Shown: piece after piece, positions 55,582 through 64,000 of the stretch | Layout of the letters: each line of letters starts with the position of its first letter | Position numbering within the stretch: position 1 is the first letter of the stretch | NCBI GenBank assembly: GCA_000165425.1 | Contig: CT868679.1 | Coordinates: forward strand, 124,001 to 188,000 | Length of the DNA stretch: 64,000 nt | DNA from: Paramecium tetraurelia | Lineage: Eukaryota | Direction of reading: 5' to 3' | The notes under the pieces: model-generated | Database searches by the model: none | Seen by the model: only the letters and a program-made list of their open reading frames with translations | Told to the model about the DNA's origin: nothing | Position numbers and translations under genes: made by a program

Positions 55582-57174
55582 ATGAACTCAGAATAAGAAA
55601 TGATCTTCAAGAAAAGAGAGATGTTTAGAGTTTAAATCAGGAGAAAATAAAATGAATTAATATTCTAATAAAAGCGCCAATTATTCAATGAGTCATCAAA
55701 CTCATAAGATTGGTAAACACCAATGGACTAGATATTTCAGTAAGCATTAGAATCTAAAATCATTGCGCCTGATTAAAAAGTATTGTCACAATTATTTACA
55801 AATGTAAAAAACTTATTAAGTTATGATTATTCAATCAATCCAACCCTAAAGTCCTTTTTATCCTTCATGTTTTTCAATTTATAGTATATCTAACTAAATG
55901 AATAAGATAACTGGATGACAGATGACTTTTTAAGTGTTATTATCAATTGTTTGTAAGATATTCAACAAACATTTTAAGATTTGGAAGAAAATGAGAACAC
56001 ACTTGATTTTGATCAGAAACTATTTGATTTACTTAACCACATTCTCATTTTCGTATCATAATTATCATCTAAATTAACTATGAGTAAATAATCAGCTTAA
56101 TTTAAATAAATAGTCCTACTTATTATTACTATTTTACATTACTTATATGATGCCAACTAATTCGAAATCATATGTAAGCTAATAATTAATATTTTGTTGG
56201 AAAGATCAGAAGAATATATTTATTTAATATAATAAAGTATATTCCCACAAATATTAATTCACAAATATGAGGAATTAAACCTCCAATAAAATTATAATAT
56301 ACTTTACTATATTTATTTATATTTCGGTTTGATAACTGGAATATGCCATTTATAATATGGTACTTAATTATTTTAAGACACTTATTAATTGTCAAATATA
56401 ATAAATTCTCAACCTTAAATTTCTGATCAGAATTATTATAATTGTGTTGAATAATATTTATATTTCCTTTACAATATTACACTAAATATTGATGAGAATA
56501 AACCAAGAACCTATTAGTTATTTAATATTTTGATAGACAAAGAGATCGTTATGAACGTTGCAAATTTTCTCGTTTAACTTAGATATGAGTTCGAATAAAT
56601 ACATGAATTAGGATATAAATTCTTAATAAATTTGAGTATGATTTCATCATCCTACTCAATGGAAAAGTTGATAAGTTAAAATGTTTTCAAGTTGGTTTTA
56701 TTTTAAATAAACCACCAATCGAATTAATAATATTTGATATATCCACTATTCTCAAATTTATTGACTACGAATAAATAATAAACAAAATAGATGATTTTTG
56801 ATTCAGGAATTTTAGGTAAAGCATATATAGGATTTCAGACTGCTCTAAATAATAATTAATAATAAAGAAGTCTAGAAATAATTCAGTGCATTATAAATAT
56901 GTTTCAAACTATCACTCAATAATAATAGTTATTATTAATCCAGAAAGGAATGCTAGAATGTTTATTTGATTATATAATTAAATAAGATATGGATTAACTG
57001 GATTTGAAGACAGTTGAAGAAATATATGGAACCTTATATGAATAAAAATAACTAAATCCATAACTATAATTCACAGAAGAGTTTAGGAAGAGATCAGAAA
57101 AAATTTATGAAAATTTAGATGATGATTGCGATATAGCATTTTTTATTAATAATATAATAAATATTACTGATTGA
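55582..57174 (+). CDS. Divergent importin-alpha-like / ARM-repeat protein
   Basis: IBB-like N-terminus KKREMFRVQIRRKQNELIFQQKR followed by Leu/Ile-rich helical repeats. Confidence 0.6.
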
Positions 57175-57218
57175 TTGCAATTGCATGTTTATAATAATTT
57201 ATCAAAATTTTCTTAATT

Positions 57219-58654
<1,436 letters not shown>

Positions 58655-58669
58655 AAAATATACTAAAAT

Positions 58670-60330
58670 TCATTGTAGAAATAATTTCTCTTATCCTAAT
58701 CTATAGTTATAAAAACATGATTCCATTATCACAAGCACATGACCTCATTTACTATGACTTAAAATTTTTTTGATAATGTATTTTCTTTGAGGGAATGAAA
58801 CCCTATAGGCTATCAATTATTTGACTATTGAAATAACTTAAAACGATGATAATACAATATGAGGGATACTCGCTTCCATATCTTATGAAGGAAATTGTAT
58901 TACTGCAATGATTTTCAAAGGTTGATGAACTAATGAAACCTTTTTCCAATATTATATCTCATCTGCCTTGATTTTTCTAGTCAAAGTAGGAAACACACTA
59001 GTATTCTTCAGGCTTGAGATATTAATATGAGATTCGTCTAATTCTTCATCTTAACGTACCTCTTTCTTATTGCTTCCTTATCTAGAGATTTTAACTATTC
59101 CTTTTCCCTCATCATTTTTAAGAATTCATCCCTAATGTAATTTTTCATTCCTTATTTATTCGATTTCACTAGATTTCATTTTTATTCTTAATTTGAATTT
59201 TAAATCATTTATCTTTTTTTCCTTATTATCTCTATTAAATAGCATTACAGTCTTTATTTAATCAATCGGATTAGCTGTATTACTTTCTAATTTCGCTGAA
59301 TTTGCAAAAATATTCAAGCGGACTATGCTAATATGATTGATAATTGTTATTTCATTAGCTGTTTTTCCTAATACTTGTCTCAAAGCTCTAGCAATATCTT
59401 GTCAGCCTCCCCCTCAAAGAATTTTAATTTATTCCCATTATTGATTTAAATTCTAAGCCTTCTTTAATTCTCCATAATCAGCAAATAATCCCTCTACTTG
59501 GAAACTGAATATAATTGCTATTTAGTATCCTACTCTTTTTGATTAGAAACTATCAATAAAGAAGTGTCTTCAAATCTTGATGGAGATCTTTTTATTTGAA
59601 GTTGTTTAAATAGTCTATTTTTTATATTATAATATTTATAAATTTATGAATGAGTTTCAAATTGAACTATCCTGAATGAGCATATTTTCAACCAGTCATT
59701 CCCTTTGAATATGAATTTTTCACTGATCTTTTTCTCTATAATTGTGATTCATTAAAAAAAAATAATTTCTTTTTCCTTGTTATTATTCAATCAACGATTA
59801 GTCTATTTAAAAATTGTTTATATCTAAGGTAAAAACATTTTTCTTATTCGATAATTTTTCTAATCTTAAATTTGTTGTAAATGATACTAATTTATACAAG
59901 ATAAGAAAATTTTAACCTTAGGTTTATAGATAATTTAAAAAGCATTTTGGTAAATTTCAGTTTATCTGCAATATTTGATTTCTTTTTTAACTTAATATCG
60001 ATTTATAATTTATTTTTATTTTATTTTAGACCTAAGGGTCTTATTTATGAGTACATTTGTTCCTCTACTGACAATTTAAATTTTTAACACTAGAATTTTA
60101 AACACTTTCCATTTTTTGTATTGTTTGAAATTTATATCACTTACAATAATTTTTGAGAATAATTTTTTAGAAAATAATATAAATATTGTATTATTTAATT
60201 TTTAACTAGTATTCGAAATCTGAATCCATTCATCATTTAATTTAGTAAGTAATCTCAAACAAATGATATACTCTTCTTCAAAGACATTCTTTCTATGTGC
60301 GAATCATAATATATCGACAGTTGATTGAAT
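58670..60330 (-). pseudogene. Decayed coding sequence (weak vWA-like fragment)
   Basis: Coding-like fragments in different frames with in-frame TGAs, e.g. QQWEQIKIL*GGG*QDIARALRQVLGK near 59380-59440. Confidence 0.4.
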
Positions 60331-60368
60331 TCTTTATAATTATTAATAAATAAATTTTATTCACTCAT

Positions 60369-62486
60369 ATGATATAAATTCCTTATGCAAACCAACAACT
60401 TTCACAGATTAAAATCGCCGAAAGTTAAATAACTAATATTGACAAGAATATCATAAGAGTATTGCAACTATTCTCTATTACTGGATAGTTGGATATGGAT
60501 ATTGAAAATATAAGTAATCAAAATCTTAATCCAAGGACTTGAATTATCAGATAACTCAAATTTTTATCCAGAAGCATTGTTCACTTACTTAAAAACTTTC
60601 GCTCCAAGCTCCATTCAAAATTCAAATCAATATAAATAAAAATTTTTCGATTTCTCAGTAAATTAAAAATGTGTATTTAGGATCTTTAATCTTCAGCCCC
60701 TTTAGTAATTAATATAATTAACAGTTCAAAAGATGGAATCATTCAATTTCAAAACTTATTATCATTCCTAAATGATTTTTCTTAAACACCAATAAATATC
60801 AACCAAATTAAATGCTTAGAAAGAATTTATCATGTTGATTAATATGCATTTTAATAAGACTAAGCAATCGATTCACTTAACAACGAGTATCCTCTACCCT
60901 AAGATGTCACGCCAATTTCTAAAAATAAATAAACTTAAATTTAGGGTACAACAAAAGTACCATTAGCAAAATAAGAAAGTCTAGAAAAAGTGAATTCTGG
61001 AGAGGGATTTAATTATTCTACTTTCAAGAAGCTTATATTATCTCAGTCCATTCCTTTAGCTAAATAAAAAGCACAAAAAAGAAAATTAATATATGAAACC
61101 AATTAGTAGTAGAAAGTTGAGATTAATGTCTTGAAATAATTTGCAAAATTAATTTAATATGAATTAGAATTATTAGATAAATCTGAACAAATTCGATTAC
61201 AATTGAATACTGATAAGGCCTATAATCATGTAGGAATGTTTAATATCTTGGATGCTCATGGAAATGGAGAAATTGAGTTCTAATATATTGAATAGTTGAT
61301 GAATAAAGCACAAATTCCATTCAAGCCATAAGCATTTAAAGCTTTAGTTAGAAGAACCAACTTATTGAGTAATAATAATTCTCTATCTGAATGTATGATT
61401 TTTGAAGGCTTTCGTTTATTGACAACTGTTTAAAATCCATACTTTAAAATTCCAAAACCTGAAGTCGAAACACTACCCTCTAATATAGAATATTCAAGGA
61501 TATTAGGTGCAGAAGTGACTGGTCAAAATTCTTCGTAATTATCCATCTCAAGAATTCCTGATAAACTTAAAAATTCTACTCAAAATTATAGATCTAAGCC
61601 GATCATCCCCTTATATAATAGCAGCAATCCTTATGTAAATGAGACTCTAAAAAAATAAAGCAAAATTTACGATAGTCAAAAATAAAATTATGATACAATA
61701 TAAAATGATTATGTAAAGCTAATTATTAAATATTAGATTGTTTATGGAACCAAAAGAGAATGGGAGGAACTACAGCATTCAATGAATTCAGGGGTGCTAA
61801 TTGATACTCAATCATTAAAGTCATAAATTCAACGAATTTAGAATTCTTAAATAAATTTCCAGTCAAATGCATCAAATAGCAAAGCTCATGTTTTATAATA
61901 GAAAACTGAAATACAGTTAATTTAATAATAAGCCCTTGAAGAAGATTTAGAAAGAAGAAAAAATCAAGATTTGTCAAAATAATTATAGCATGCTATGAAT
62001 GCAAATACAAAAGGATATTATTCAAATCTTGTAAAAATTGAAAAGGAGAAAAGGAATACGGAAGAAATAAATGAATTTGTTGTGTAAGCACCATGGTATC
62101 AAAACGATATGAAAATCAATAAAAATGTCAATCTGATTAAAAAACAACAAGAAGAAATACACAAATTTTCTGGGCTAAATTAACCATATACATCTATAAA
62201 TTCAAGTTAACAAAATTTACAAAACAATTCCTCTAAATTGCCTCCAAAAGTTCCTAAAAAGGAAGGAGTTTAAACAAATATTTAACCATTACAATAATAA
62301 CAAAATAACTAGTAAGAATAACCTGCCTAATCTTAAATCATCTCCTAATAAGATGTTTCTCCTATAAAATCAAGAATTTTTTCATCTTAAAAATACAATC
62401 CTTTAATATATTAAGATAATTTACAATAAAAAATAATGGATTATAAATGCGATATCCCAACAAGATAATTTGATTATTAAAACTGA
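60369..62486 (+). CDS. Hypothetical protein with degenerate EF-hand-like repeats
   Basis: ELELLDKSEQIRLQL...MFNILDAHGNGEIEFQYIEQL; short introns near 60514 and 60658; ends FDYQN*. Confidence 0.7.
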
Positions 62487-62623
62487 AATATTTTATTTTT
62501 TTTGTCATATTTGTGTCATATTTTATGTTTAAAGAATTCAATAATTATTATATTAATCATTTTTAATTGCATTCCAACTATATAATTTTAATAATTAATT
62601 TATTAAATTGTTTCTAAAGAAAA

Positions 62624-62840
62624 ATGGTATATTTTATGATTAAAACATAGGATGGAGAAGATGAAATGTAGAAATAAGCAAGATTAATGGCTGAGAAATA
62701 TAAGGATGGACCTAAAAAGAAAGGCGCATTGGTGAAAAAAACTTAAGAAGTATTTCTTTAATATTTACAATTAGAGAACATAATTTGATTCAGCTACACA
62801 CGAAATGCAAAAATAAGCATAACAACATCCTCCTAAATGA
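62624..62840 (+). CDS. Endosulfine/ARPP19/Igo1-like small protein (55 aa)
   Basis: ATG, intron 62627-62650, DGEDEMQKQARLMAEKYKDGPKKKGALVKKTQE, intron 62750-62774, RTQFDSATHEMQKQAQQHPPK*; follows the KY..P.KK..L.....R..FDS endosulfine pattern. Confidence 0.75.
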
Positions 62841-64000
62841 TGATTCGATTATTATTACAATATTATTTAATAATTAAATCTCCTTTCCACCATTCATTTT
62901 ACACAAGATTGTTCTAAGATGATCAAACAAATAAGTTTTTTCCATATTTGATAAAATCACTTATTAAATTCTACAAATTTATTGTCCTCAATCAAGGCAT
63001 TGCATTAGAAGCATATATAAATCGAAAAACAATCTCAAATTTTATTGTTTATAAAAAAAACTGAACAAGTTAAAGAAGAACACTCATATTATTTTAATTA
63101 GTCCATTCTCTTCTCAATCCAGATTTATGTAATAAATTCATACAAATTAATACTATTTGGATAGGCTATTGTCCTTAGTGTAAATAGATAATAAAATTTA
63201 AGATTTTACAATTTTGTTTCCTTCAGTATTCTACTTTTAAATCAAATAGCCAATAATCAAAAGTATATAATAAATATATAAAGTTACTAAAATTTTGAAT
63301 GGTTTAATTTGATTTTCTGTGATACAAGGAATTCAAACCAAACAAAAAGAAGAAATCCAATTTATTCAATTAAAAATAAAATAAAATACTTAAAATACTT
63401 AAAATTTAATCCATAATGAATTATCGAAAAAAACTCACCAAAAAGCATAATCAGATTTGCATATTATTGAAAATGAGAACCTTTTGATGAAAGTATCTTA
63501 GAAATTCGATTTAATTGAGAGTATTCTTCTTAAAAATTGAAGATAACTATTGTAAAATTAAAGTTGAATTACCTCTAACATCATAGCTCATTTAAATCAA
63601 ATTTTTTTTTTTCCAAATAATATATCTAAATTGAAATTCCTAAAAATGTTTTTAGTTCGAAGTCTAATGATGGGTCTTTGTGGAAAAATAATGTTCTAAT
63701 TTTAGGTGTAAGCAGCAAAGTTATTTATTGATGATATTATCTTTTTGAGTGTGGAAAATATAAGTAAATTTTGCATTTTTAAGGAAAGTTTGGAATTACT
63801 GTCCATACTTATTTCACATGTGGAAATTGTACATAAACAATATAATTGAAAGAGAAATGAAATTTTAAGAACAAATTTAATTACATTATTGTAAACAATA
63901 GGTATTAGATAAAGAGGAAATATGTTTCTAAAAATATGGATCTGGGTATTCATCATCATAATCCTATAGAACCCAAATACAATTCAAACATTATGGAAAA

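Noticed and set aside
59380..59440. Selenocysteine or TGA read-through (L*GGG*Q; also RNG*GLP near 6710)
   Set aside because: No redox CxxU-type context, no SECIS-like element recognised, and surrounding frames are also broken; decay is simpler.
62880..64000. Gene at the right end of the window
   Set aside because: Multiple TGAs in the frames examined and no motif; cannot support a call.

Overview
Very AT-rich, gene-dense eukaryotic DNA that only makes sense in the ciliate genetic code (TAA/TAG = Gln, TGA = only stop) with many tiny GT-AG introns of about 20-30 nt. This combination is characteristic of a Paramecium macronuclear chromosome (species not determinable from sequence alone). The supplied ORF track treats TAA/TAG as stops and is mostly spurious. 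Hand translation gives about 33 protein genes and one initiator tRNA-Met. Recognisable genes: ZC2HC1A-like, an ankyrin protein, an ankyrin-AGC kinase, CENP-B/pogo-type HTH proteins, Y14/RBM8A, an LTA4H-like M1 aminopeptidase, POC1, YIP1, IST1-like, a cyclin, 14-3-3, a DUSP-fold pseudophosphatase, a DHHC palmitoyltransferase, a Greatwall/RIM15-type kinase, CK1, RFC1, SDA1, importin-alpha-like, PTEN and a 55-aa endosulfine-like gene. Several decayed gene remnants are also present. Best leads: (1) a protein joining a CDCA7-type zf-4CXXC_R1 finger to an EPC/BRPF-type HAT-scaffold motif; (2) a tiny divergent endosulfine plus a Greatwall-type kinase; (3) three otherwise intact genes each broken by a single-base frameshift; (4) a hairpin cluster ending in T13 that may be a Pol III ncRNA; (5) 11-23 nt intergenic spacers. 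All translations, intron calls and family assignments are manual; no database searches were run. No CRISPR array, telomeric repeat or intact transposon was seen.
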